From the NCBI GenBank assembly GCA_049903315.1, contig JBNGBT010000003.1, positions 160,001-224,000 on the forward strand: 64,000 nucleotides of DNA, given 5' to 3'. Positions 24,156-32,982 of the stretch are shown in pieces (within the stretch, counting starts at the first letter, position 1; the number at the start of each line of letters is the position of its first letter). Position numbers and translations under genes: made by a program. Below the pieces are notes generated by a model, which did no database searches, had not been told where the DNA came from, and was given only the letters and a program-made list of their open reading frames with translations. The stretch comes from Candidatus Cloacimonadota bacterium (GTDB taxonomy: Bacteria; Cloacimonadota; Cloacimonadia; JGIOTU-2).

Positions 24156-25661
24156 TCACTTTATGAGCACGCACTTTCCTGTATCAGTCGCTACGTTATT
24201 AACCTTCAAATTATAGAAATAAATTCCACTCGGAACTTGTTGATCAGCATCATTTTTTCCGTCCCAGATCATTGAATGTGAACCTGTATCAAAATATGAG
24301 GGTAGCATGCTTCTAATCTTTTGCCCTTTGAGATTGAAAATATCTATCAGCACCTGTGCTTGTGTTGCAAGAGAGAAGGAAATCATCGTGGAGTTAGTGA
24401 AAGGATTGGGAACGTTCCCAATAAGATCACAGACAGCTTCTTCAATTTGCGGGTCTTGCGCAACACCGATATATATAGGATCAAAATCAACAATCCCGTA
24501 TGATGGATTATCATTCCCATCGATAATAGTTTCTGCAATCTCGGTATAATTGTCACTATCCCACGAATTATTTTCTGCTTTCATATCTAAAGGGGATCCA
24601 TTATACACACTAAAAGTTGTTCCCGTTCCATCAATATTGTCGTGTATATTATTCTCACCATCGTCATTCGTACTCAAGTTGCCAAGATCTCCAAGATTAG
24701 AAGTTGCATTATTGATGCAGTAGAAGCCACAAAAATTGAAAGCAACTTCATTTTGTACGAAAGTGCCATTCGTGCCTGATCCATAGAGCATGACCCCCGC
24801 ACCCGAGTTCGGGTCACCGGCAATAAAATTATTACAAATCTCATTATTCTTATAATAGCCTTGTCCATTATAGAGATATATTCCCGTGAGATTGAATTCT
24901 ATGATATTATTTTCGACGTGAGGTGCTACTTCACCATAATTATAAAGATTTGCAAGTGTGATGCCTTGCTTGTCATTATGGTGAATGTGGTTGTTGGTAA
25001 TCGTTGGATTGCATTCGCCAGTTGAAGTCTGTATGGCGAGTTGAATTGCAGGCCAATAGGAAGTTCCCTGCCCGCACGCTTTTATGTCACAGTTATCTAC
25101 AAGAGCATTTGAATTTTCTGTGATGAGGATTCCGCACTGCTCACACGTGGTTATGAAGGAATGAGAGATTTCCATATAAGAGGGATTTTCATCACTCATT
25201 GCAGAAAAATGTATTGCTTTTCTGTGATTATCGAAGAAACAGTTTTGAATGATAACTTGAGCATTTACCGAGTGAATTCCATACCCGTTTGTGCCGGCAG
25301 TATTTGAAATTCTGCAATAACTAAATGTGCTCTGATTGAGCTCATCCTCAAGACGAATGCCTTCCCAGGTTGTCGTACCTTGTCCATAAAATTTGATTGA
25401 ATCAGTTTCGGTTCCCTGTACTGTTATAAATCCTTCAGCAGTAATTCTAAAATTTCCCTGTACTTCGACAAGTACGCCCGGTTCTATAATGAGAGAGTTT
25501 CCGGCAGGAATAGTTATTGCACCAATGACGTAATATGGACTACCTGCCAATGTCCAGGTTCCGGATTGATTGCCTGATACATTTGTATTACACATGCCGG
25601 TACATGGGATGAGTAAAATTGCTAAGATGCTTATAATAATAATCAGTATTTTTTGTTTCAT
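24156..25661 (-). CDS. Secreted right-handed beta-helix protein with C-terminal FlgD-Ig/T9SS-type sorting domain
   Basis: Signal peptide, VSG..SGTWT..GSPY, parallel beta-helix N/G repeats, PNPF..ST.I.F...IFNLKGQKI..WDG.N....V.SGIYFY. Confidence 0.85.
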   Translation of the reverse strand: MKQKILIIIISILAILLIPCTGMCNTNVSGNQSGTWTLAGSPYYVIGAITIPAGNSLIIEPGVLVEVQGNFRITAEGFITVQGTETDSIKFYGQGTTTWEGIRLEDELNQSTFSYCRISNTAGTNGYGIHSVNAQVIIQNCFFDNHRKAIHFSAMSDENPSYMEISHSFITTCEQCGILITENSNALVDNCDIKACGQGTSYWPAIQLAIQTSTGECNPTITNNHIHHNDKQGITLANLYNYGEVAPHVENNIIEFNLTGIYLYNGQGYYKNNEICNNFIAGDPNSGAGVMLYGSGTNGTFVQNEVAFNFCGFYCINNATSNLGDLGNLSTNDDGENNIHDNIDGTGTTFSVYNGSPLDMKAENNSWDSDNYTEIAETIIDGNDNPSYGIVDFDPIYIGVAQDPQIEEAVCDLIGNVPNPFTNSTMISFSLATQAQVLIDIFNLKGQKIRSMLPSYFDTGSHSMIWDGKNDADQQVPSGIYFYNLKVNNVATDTGKCVLIK

Positions 25662-25820
25662 ATTGCTCCTGCCTGTATAGTTGTTTGCGAGGTTTGTAAT
25701 TCTCTTAAAAAAATATGTCAAGGTAAAACTTATATCAGAAAATAACTCCAATTCGAGATTGTATTGGCTTGGAAATTATCGCGATACGAAGAATGAAATC
25801 AAAAAAGCTGAGAGGATATA

Positions 25821-28454
25821 TTACGTATCTTCCTCTTTTGGGATCGGCAAATTCTCAGTTTCACAAATCTCTTTTAGTCTGGAAAACGACCATTCAGCCT
25901 GATAATTGAAGAAATAGCCATATGGTTTTTGGAGTATATCAATCAAATCCCGGGTATTAGTATCAGTATTTTTCTGGCTGTATGATTTAATTTTTTTTAA
26001 ATCCTTGTCGGAAAGTTTCAGCGTGATAAAAGTCAAAACATTACCCAGTTTTAGTTTGATATGTCCTAAACCGTCTTCGAGGATTTTTTTTCGAGCCCTG
26101 TTCACCTCTCTTTCGCCCACCTTATTTAAGACATTTGTATATTTTTCAAAAAGAATGTATTCATTCAGCATCTCTAAAATCAAATCATCGGAGAACGCGT
26201 TCCAGAATGCAACAGAGTGCTGCTGGCAGAGGAATCTGCCCAGCATGAATGAACCTGCCGTGTAACCCTGTAAATTTTTCTTTCTGCAAACTGGAATGAT
26301 CAACTTGAAAAGTGTGACCTTTCTATCCAAAGATAGAAGTTGATAGAGTTTGTGTTGATCTTGATGGCTTCCTAGTTCGCTTTGTAAGAGTTCCTCAATG
26401 TAAAAATCTGTATTGGAATCAAACCAGGAGTTCATGAGTTTTTTTGCTTTTTGGGGATCTTTCTGCAGGTTGTTTCTTACCAATTTTATCAATTCATCAA
26501 GTTTTACAATATGATCTACCTGCATATTTTCTATGAGTTGATCGTACACCTTGAATGCTTTCGCCATATTCTCGAATACTGTTCTTTCCTTCTTCTCCAT
26601 TTCCAGTTTTTCGCCGTTCAAATATCTTTGGAATCGAGCCGGCTTATAATCTGCTTGTCCACAAAAAATGGTCTGTCTTTTACTGGAAATCGTAATTTGA
26701 TCTCCCTCTGAGATTGTCATACCGTTTTCATTTACAAGATGATTTCCTTTTAGGGTAACACCAAATTTTTCCAGATTTAGAAAAGCGGGAACTCCATAAC
26801 TCCGGCAGGCAGTGACGACATGGATTGCAGCAGGGGTCAGGCTTACTATTGCATCAACCTCTGCCATAACCAGAGTGTCAGACGGAACGAAGCTTTCTCT
26901 GCATATGCAGACTTTTTCTCCTCGCTTTTTTGCTTCCATGGCAGCGGCTGCTGAAAAATATGCTTTTGCAGAAACTGCTGTTCTGGGCAAAATTGATACA
27001 CCTTTGCAGAAAAATTTCAATGTTTTGAATGATCTGTCATCGATTCTGTCTGAAAATATTTGTGTAAGATGATAGGGCTTGATCAACTCTATTACACGCT
27101 CGGCATCAATGACCTTTTTTTGGTAGAGATCAATTGCAGAAAGAAGAGTCGCTCTTCCAGTCAACTCGGAAGTGTTTAGCTGTAATACTGCAAAAAGATA
27201 TGCATCATCATAAGATTCCGCAGCAAATTCTACTGTCACCGGGGACTTTAATTTTTTCTCCAATTCCCGGAGTAGTGGCTCAAAATGATACACTGCCGGA
27301 TACATATTTTTAATAGATTCGCGATTAAAAAACTCATGATCATTCGTTTCGATGAGTCCGGTCATGATCTCTTCACCAAAAATATTCGGTAGACTCTCTA
27401 CTTGAATACCTAAACCAGTTCGGGCGTGACGGCTGTATAAAACGCCAGGATAAGATTCGTCTCCCCGTACAGTCCATACCATTTTTTGCAAAATAATTGA
27501 TGGGAATTTCTCACCTTTTCTTACAAATGTATGAAGTAAATCCTGATTTTTCTCAAAGTATTCATAAGCCCTTCGCAAGAAAAAACAGACCTGATAAAAG
27601 GCATCATGTAAAAGCCGTTCGTCTTGAACAGAAATGCGCTTGTAGTGATAGTCGATCTCCTCATCGATACGATCCACTTCGATATTTTGCTCTGTCTCAT
27701 ATCCTCCAAAGAGGTTCAGTTCGAGGGTTCGCAGATTACTCAGATATATTTTTTTTGCAACAGTTTTTCCTAAAATTTTACTGAGAACCGGAAAATTTTT
27801 GCTGGTCACACCCACATTTAAAAAGGTGGGCATCAAGCCGGGGATATACGAGGGCATCGCAGAGCGCATTGCAATGATAAGAGGTTTGTCTTCCGAACCA
27901 AACTTCTGGGCAGACATCTGCTCCAGATTTTTTATAGCTTTATAAATATTTGCCTTTCTTTCTTCCTGTGATAGAAAGTAATTGTTGGAAGTAAGTATGC
28001 AAAAATCCGGTACAGGATAACCCTCTTGAATAATATCCAGTAACTTAGTGCCCTTATGACTTATCAAATCTACATCAAACATATTTTGCGTGCAAGAAGG
28101 CACTATTGATTCATTTTCCACAAAATTTAAATTTTGAAATTCTCTTTGTCTCTCTGCGATAAAATCATGAATTTGGTTTGTTAACCTTTTGGCAGCTTCC
28201 ACATCCTGACGCGAGGAAAGAATATTTTCAAGAATATCATGTCTTGCAGGAGCTGGATTCATGCAAAGATACACGCTTTCGCAATCAGTCAGGACGAGTG
28301 AGCCCGATTCGCCTCCCATAAGTTGATAATCCATTTCCACTGGCAAATAACCAGGGAGATAGCATTTATCCTTATCAATATCTCCATTTAAGAATTGTTG
28401 TACCACATTGAAATTAAGATAATTTCCTCTAAATTTGAATGCCTTTAACACCAT
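25821..28454 (-). CDS. PPDK-related protein: ATP-grasp and phospho-His swivel domains, no pyruvate-binding barrel
   Basis: HKG..GYPVPDF, KFG...PLII.MRS.MP...PGLMPTFLNVG, GEEIMTG, VEFA, LQ; swivel GEKV..R...P.D...M....AIV....AIHVV..CR.YG.P. Confidence 0.75.
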   Translation of the reverse strand: MVLKAFKFRGNYLNFNVVQQFLNGDIDKDKCYLPGYLPVEMDYQLMGGESGSLVLTDCESVYLCMNPAPARHDILENILSSRQDVEAAKRLTNQIHDFIAERQREFQNLNFVENESIVPSCTQNMFDVDLISHKGTKLLDIIQEGYPVPDFCILTSNNYFLSQEERKANIYKAIKNLEQMSAQKFGSEDKPLIIAMRSAMPSYIPGLMPTFLNVGVTSKNFPVLSKILGKTVAKKIYLSNLRTLELNLFGGYETEQNIEVDRIDEEIDYHYKRISVQDERLLHDAFYQVCFFLRRAYEYFEKNQDLLHTFVRKGEKFPSIILQKMVWTVRGDESYPGVLYSRHARTGLGIQVESLPNIFGEEIMTGLIETNDHEFFNRESIKNMYPAVYHFEPLLRELEKKLKSPVTVEFAAESYDDAYLFAVLQLNTSELTGRATLLSAIDLYQKKVIDAERVIELIKPYHLTQIFSDRIDDRSFKTLKFFCKGVSILPRTAVSAKAYFSAAAAMEAKKRGEKVCICRESFVPSDTLVMAEVDAIVSLTPAAIHVVTACRSYGVPAFLNLEKFGVTLKGNHLVNENGMTISEGDQITISSKRQTIFCGQADYKPARFQRYLNGEKLEMEKKERTVFENMAKAFKVYDQLIENMQVDHIVKLDELIKLVRNNLQKDPQKAKKLMNSWFDSNTDFYIEELLQSELGSHQDQHKLYQLLSLDRKVTLFKLIIPVCRKKNLQGYTAGSFMLGRFLCQQHSVAFWNAFSDDLILEMLNEYILFEKYTNVLNKVGEREVNRARKKILEDGLGHIKLKLGNVLTFITLKLSDKDLKKIKSYSQKNTDTNTRDLIDILQKPYGYFFNYQAEWSFSRLKEICETENLPIPKEEDT

Positions 28455-28596
28455 ACTCCTCTTTGAACTATTACACTAAATATTGTGCAAGATTATCATC
28501 TATAAAATTTATTTCATGCAAAGACCGGTGTTGGATGGATGAACGGATTAATGAAATTTCATCAGTATATTGAGGGTAGGTCTTGTTCACGATTTA

Positions 28597-31236
28597 TTAG
28601 AAAATGATCGTATATGATGTTCCATTTTTCTGATTTAATTTTAATGTTCCATTCAGCTGGGAAATAAGATCCTGAATAAGCTGGAGCCCGAGTGAAGATT
28701 GACCGGCATTCTTAAGATCTTCAGTAAATCCTACTCCATCATCTCTAATTATGAGCTTATTTTTTCCTGCCTTGGTTTTTTTCATAGAGATGTACACTGT
28801 TCCTGTTTTGTCATCTGGAAATGCGTGTTTGAAAATATTGGTAAGTATTTCATTGCAGAGGAGTCCGCACGGAACCGCCTGGTTGAGATCGAGAGTAATA
28901 GGCTCTGCATCAATCTCAAAATTGATCTTGCTTTGCGGCATTCCCGTTGAACTAAACAGCGTATTGAATAATTCTTTTATATAATCTGCGAAATTGATAT
29001 CGATGAAATTCTCCGACTCATACAGCTTTTCATGTATGATTGCCATTGAACGTATCCTGTTCTCCACAATTTTAAACTTATCCACTATTGCTTCATCTTC
29101 GATATAAAGTGATTGTAAATGCAAGAGGCTGATGATGATCTGCATATTGTTTTTTACACGGTGATGGATCTCTTGCAGCATAACAACTTTTTCTTTCAAA
29201 GAATTTTCGACTTCGCGTTGGGAATTTTTTATGTCCGAAATATCCGCAAAAACCCCAAATGAGCCTACGTATTCATCATTTTCAAAAAGCGGTGTCGCAT
29301 TGATAAGCAAGGATTTTATTTCCTCATTATAGGTCTGGCATCGAATTTCGAATCTGTCCTGTTTGCCCTCCTTTCTTCTCTGGGTCTGAAACAGGAGTTG
29401 CTCCAAATCCTCTTTCAATATGACATTTTTTAGATTTGTACCTTTAAGGTCTTCGAAAGGTATGTCAAAAATAACTCCTGCTGCTTGATTTGCAAAAACG
29501 ATATTCTCATCTTCATCCACAAGCATAATACCTTCTTGCATTGTCTCGATGAGGTTTCTGTATTTTTCTTCGCTTTTCTGGAGCGCATTGAATATCTCTT
29601 TCTGTTCAGTACTATCTCGCTTGATCGCAACATAAAAGATGACGTTCCTGTCATGGTCCATAATTGGGAATGCTGAAATATCTATATAGAGATCTCGTCC
29701 GGCAGAGGTTTTCATATACGTCTCTGCACGGTAGAATTCATATTCGAGAAGCGCATCTCTCATTTCATTAAAATTTTCTTCACCCATATATACTGCAGGA
29801 GTTTCATCTTTAAGAGCTTCATTTGAATAGCCGAACAATTTTCTGTGAGAGGGGTTCTGTTCATAGAACGTAAAATCGGGTTTGATTATTTCGATGCTGT
29901 CAGTCGAGTAGTAAAAAACTTCTTTGAATAGTTGCAGGTTTTCTTCTGCTTTTGTTCTTTCATCGATGAGTTTATTGGCAGATTCTGCGATCGCCTGAAA
30001 TTCGGAAAAATGTACAGTGTCGGGCTGTATTTGTACATTTTCATTTTCTGCTTTTTGAAAGAATGCTACAAATGTTTTGAAATTATTCTTTAATTTTGCG
30101 GAGATATAAATAGAGGTATTTGCGATAATGACAACGATAAGAGCGAGAAGACCTATCACTTTTAGTATATGATTATTAATGCGTTCCCTTAATACGGTTT
30201 TTTCTTGAGCGATCAAGAATTCAATATCATCAAGATATACTCCTGCACCGATGATCCATTTCCATTCCGGCAAACCTTCAATGTATGAAATTTTAGGATG
30301 AGATTCATTGTCGTCGATTTTATTCCAACTATACTCTATAAAACCACTTCCCTGTTCCTCAACAATTTTCCGTTCATCCTGGATAATTTTCATACCCTCA
30401 CTATCGGTCAGGTTCCAGATATTCTCAGTTCCAAGTGTGATCGTGCCATTTGAAAAAAGAGGATCACCGTCGTAGGTAACTCCAAATATGTACCCATTTT
30501 CGCCAAACCGGACATTTGCCAGGCGTTCTATTGTAGAATATTTCAATTCTTCAATATAGCTTTCATAATAATCACCAAGTGCGATTATCCAGTCATAAGG
30601 TTCAAAATATTTGACGTATGTCAGTTTAAGATAAGGTTTTTTTGAAGGATCATTTGGGATTGGACGATAATACTCTATAAATCCTTCTCCCTGACTTTTT
30701 GCTTTTTTAATGTATTCGCGAACAAAATAAAAACCATTCACATCCCTTTGCTCCAATCGGTTATTGCCCTCTTCGGATTCAATAGGATTGTTGTTTTTAT
30801 CAGATTGAAGGAGAAGTGCAGTTCCATCACCAGCTGTCACCGAATAATATCCTCGACCATAATTTTGTTTAAGAGGACGCAATACCGAGAGTATAAGTTT
30901 TTTAAGCTCCTGCTCCGGCATGGAATATCTGTTTTCATAATAGAGGTGTTCTACGATATCATAACCCTGATAAAGCTGGGATCGTACCCGATTTCTTAAA
31001 TCTTCACTGGCTTTATTGATACTTAACGTAATAAATTCAATTGAGTTTTGGACCTCATATTTTATAATTTGTTTGTTCTTTTCAATAAATTGTTCGCGGA
31101 TATCATGTGTTGATTGATTGAACTGTATGTATTCCTGGGAAATAAGGAAATATCCAAGCATTGCTATAGAAATGGTCGTAACCAGCAGCATGCTTATAAT
31201 AAATAGTCTGGATACACTTCGAGCTTTTTTCTTCAT
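28597..31236 (-). CDS. Cache-PAS-PAS sensor histidine kinase (HisKA_2/HWE-like)
   Basis: Two TMs around Cache units, two PAS, H-box EIHHRVKNNMQ, NEILTN.FKHAF, DDGVG, SLGL.LI. Confidence 0.9.
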   Translation of the reverse strand: MKKKARSVSRLFIISMLLVTTISIAMLGYFLISQEYIQFNQSTHDIREQFIEKNKQIIKYEVQNSIEFITLSINKASEDLRNRVRSQLYQGYDIVEHLYYENRYSMPEQELKKLILSVLRPLKQNYGRGYYSVTAGDGTALLLQSDKNNNPIESEEGNNRLEQRDVNGFYFVREYIKKAKSQGEGFIEYYRPIPNDPSKKPYLKLTYVKYFEPYDWIIALGDYYESYIEELKYSTIERLANVRFGENGYIFGVTYDGDPLFSNGTITLGTENIWNLTDSEGMKIIQDERKIVEEQGSGFIEYSWNKIDDNESHPKISYIEGLPEWKWIIGAGVYLDDIEFLIAQEKTVLRERINNHILKVIGLLALIVVIIANTSIYISAKLKNNFKTFVAFFQKAENENVQIQPDTVHFSEFQAIAESANKLIDERTKAEENLQLFKEVFYYSTDSIEIIKPDFTFYEQNPSHRKLFGYSNEALKDETPAVYMGEENFNEMRDALLEYEFYRAETYMKTSAGRDLYIDISAFPIMDHDRNVIFYVAIKRDSTEQKEIFNALQKSEEKYRNLIETMQEGIMLVDEDENIVFANQAAGVIFDIPFEDLKGTNLKNVILKEDLEQLLFQTQRRKEGKQDRFEIRCQTYNEEIKSLLINATPLFENDEYVGSFGVFADISDIKNSQREVENSLKEKVVMLQEIHHRVKNNMQIIISLLHLQSLYIEDEAIVDKFKIVENRIRSMAIIHEKLYESENFIDINFADYIKELFNTLFSSTGMPQSKINFEIDAEPITLDLNQAVPCGLLCNEILTNIFKHAFPDDKTGTVYISMKKTKAGKNKLIIRDDGVGFTEDLKNAGQSSLGLQLIQDLISQLNGTLKLNQKNGTSYTIIF

Positions 31237-31248
31237 ATTCAATATATT

Positions 31249-32964
31249 TTAGTGTTCAAAATGAATAGTGAGAACAATCTTGTTTTTCTCTTTTTTGGAA
31301 GAGGTAGCATCAGCATCTTTTTTGATAAGGTAGCCGGCAAGTTCAGTAGCAGCGCTATCCTCTGTCATCAAACTTTCTTTTGAAGGTTTCCTTTCTGGGA
31401 AGACTAAAATCTTGCCCTGATATTCTATAGTAATGTCCAGGTTAAACTCATCAAAACTCACCTGCATACTAATTTCCTTTGAGGTTAATCCAAGATTTGG
31501 TGTACTCTCCATAAACTCATTCATTACGGTTATTGCTTTATAAATGATACTTGGACGCGCACCCCATGAACCCCCAGCTTTTTGCATAAATTTATAAATC
31601 TTGTCAGATGATTCCTGTCCAGCGGCAAGCATGAGTGTTAATTTCTTCTTTACGCCAATTCTCATGAGGAGATTGAGCACAACTGCGGTCACAGCTCCTA
31701 AAGATAAAGAGGATTGAAAAATAGGTTTGAGCCATGAATGAATGTTTACATAAGCAATAGGGATCATGTCAGCGCTGAGCCCGAAAATGAGAGCGATACC
31801 AACCACAAAGATCTTTCGGGAATCAAGCATTCTACTCATGATTATTTGAAAACCTGAGATTATCATGAAGCTTATTGCATAGATAAGTGTTGCACCCATA
31901 ACGGGTTTGGGCATTATGATAAATATGTTCGCAAGTTTTGGAAAGAATCCGAGAAATATAAGAATGCCGCCTGCGCTGTATGCAATTGTTCTACTCGTTG
32001 CTCCGGTAGCAATGGAAAGTCCGACGTTCGTCGAAGAAGTGGACTGGCCAAAACCTCCGAATATTCCCGGAATAATACCTCCCAGACCATCAGCAAGAAT
32101 TCCTTTTGAGATGGATTTCATTTCAGGACGTTTCCAATTTGCATCATTAATTTTCTGACACGTGGTAAGATCACCTACTGTTTTCAGTGCCGAGCAAAGT
32201 GCTGCAATGACAAATGGTACGAGTAACCTGGCGTCAAAAGCCCATGATAGACTTTTAAGATAGGGGGCATCAATAATCCTGGAATGCATTATTTTGTGAA
32301 AATCTGCTTCTGTGAACAAGCCGAATATATAGGCAAGTATATAACCTGAAATCATTCCTATCAGACAGCTATAAAGGCGAAGTTTTCCTTTGCCGAAAAC
32401 ATTCAATCCTATCATTAAAAGGAGGACAGAAATTCCTACAATCAATTCCGAAGATGTGATAATAGTATCTGTATCACTCAATCCGACAAAGCTTTTTATC
32501 GAAATGGGAATGATCGTGATACCGACCATTGCCACGATAGTTCCTGTTACTTCGGATGGGAACAGAACTCTGAGCTTGTGCATGAATCTTGAAAAGATGG
32601 ATTCTGCGACTCCAACAAAAGCAGTCATCCCAAACAGAACAGGTAAACCGCCACCCGATATTGCCATGAACGATGCCTGCAGATAGGAAGGACCGCACAC
32701 AGATGGACACAGATAGCCTGAGCCAACAGGTCCTTTTTTTAGCGCTTGGAGAATTGTCACAATACCACTGGAGATCATTGTGATGCTTATAAAACCACTG
32801 GCTGTGCGCGGATCGATATTTGTTCCAAAATAATTTACAATCATCACAGGGAATATCATCGCGATGAAAATAACAAAAACGTGCTGCAATCCGAGAAAGA
32901 ATGTGACCGAAAGTGGCGGTTTGTCATTCACGCCATAAATTAGGTTGGCTGGTTTTTGTATCAT
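31249..32964 (-). CDS. NCS2 (xanthine/uracil) family permease with C-terminal degenerate RsbW-like domain
   Basis: YGVND.PP, GLQH, GILADG, NVGLSIATG NAT-like motif, P.PV.G; extra soluble tail of about 135 aa. Confidence 0.85.
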   Translation of the reverse strand: MIQKPANLIYGVNDKPPLSVTFFLGLQHVFVIFIAMIFPVMIVNYFGTNIDPRTASGFISITMISSGIVTILQALKKGPVGSGYLCPSVCGPSYLQASFMAISGGGLPVLFGMTAFVGVAESIFSRFMHKLRVLFPSEVTGTIVAMVGITIIPISIKSFVGLSDTDTIITSSELIVGISVLLLMIGLNVFGKGKLRLYSCLIGMISGYILAYIFGLFTEADFHKIMHSRIIDAPYLKSLSWAFDARLLVPFVIAALCSALKTVGDLTTCQKINDANWKRPEMKSISKGILADGLGGIIPGIFGGFGQSTSSTNVGLSIATGATSRTIAYSAGGILIFLGFFPKLANIFIIMPKPVMGATLIYAISFMIISGFQIIMSRMLDSRKIFVVGIALIFGLSADMIPIAYVNIHSWLKPIFQSSLSLGAVTAVVLNLLMRIGVKKKLTLMLAAGQESSDKIYKFMQKAGGSWGARPSIIYKAITVMNEFMESTPNLGLTSKEISMQVSFDEFNLDITIEYQGKILVFPERKPSKESLMTEDSAATELAGYLIKKDADATSSKKEKNKIVLTIHFEH

Positions 32965-32982
32965 ATTTTTATTTTTCCTCGA

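Noticed and set aside
25821..28454. Calling this gene ppdK as part of the ACL/rTCA pathway
   Set aside because: It lacks the pyruvate-binding barrel and the GGxTSH motif, so canonical PPDK activity is unlikely
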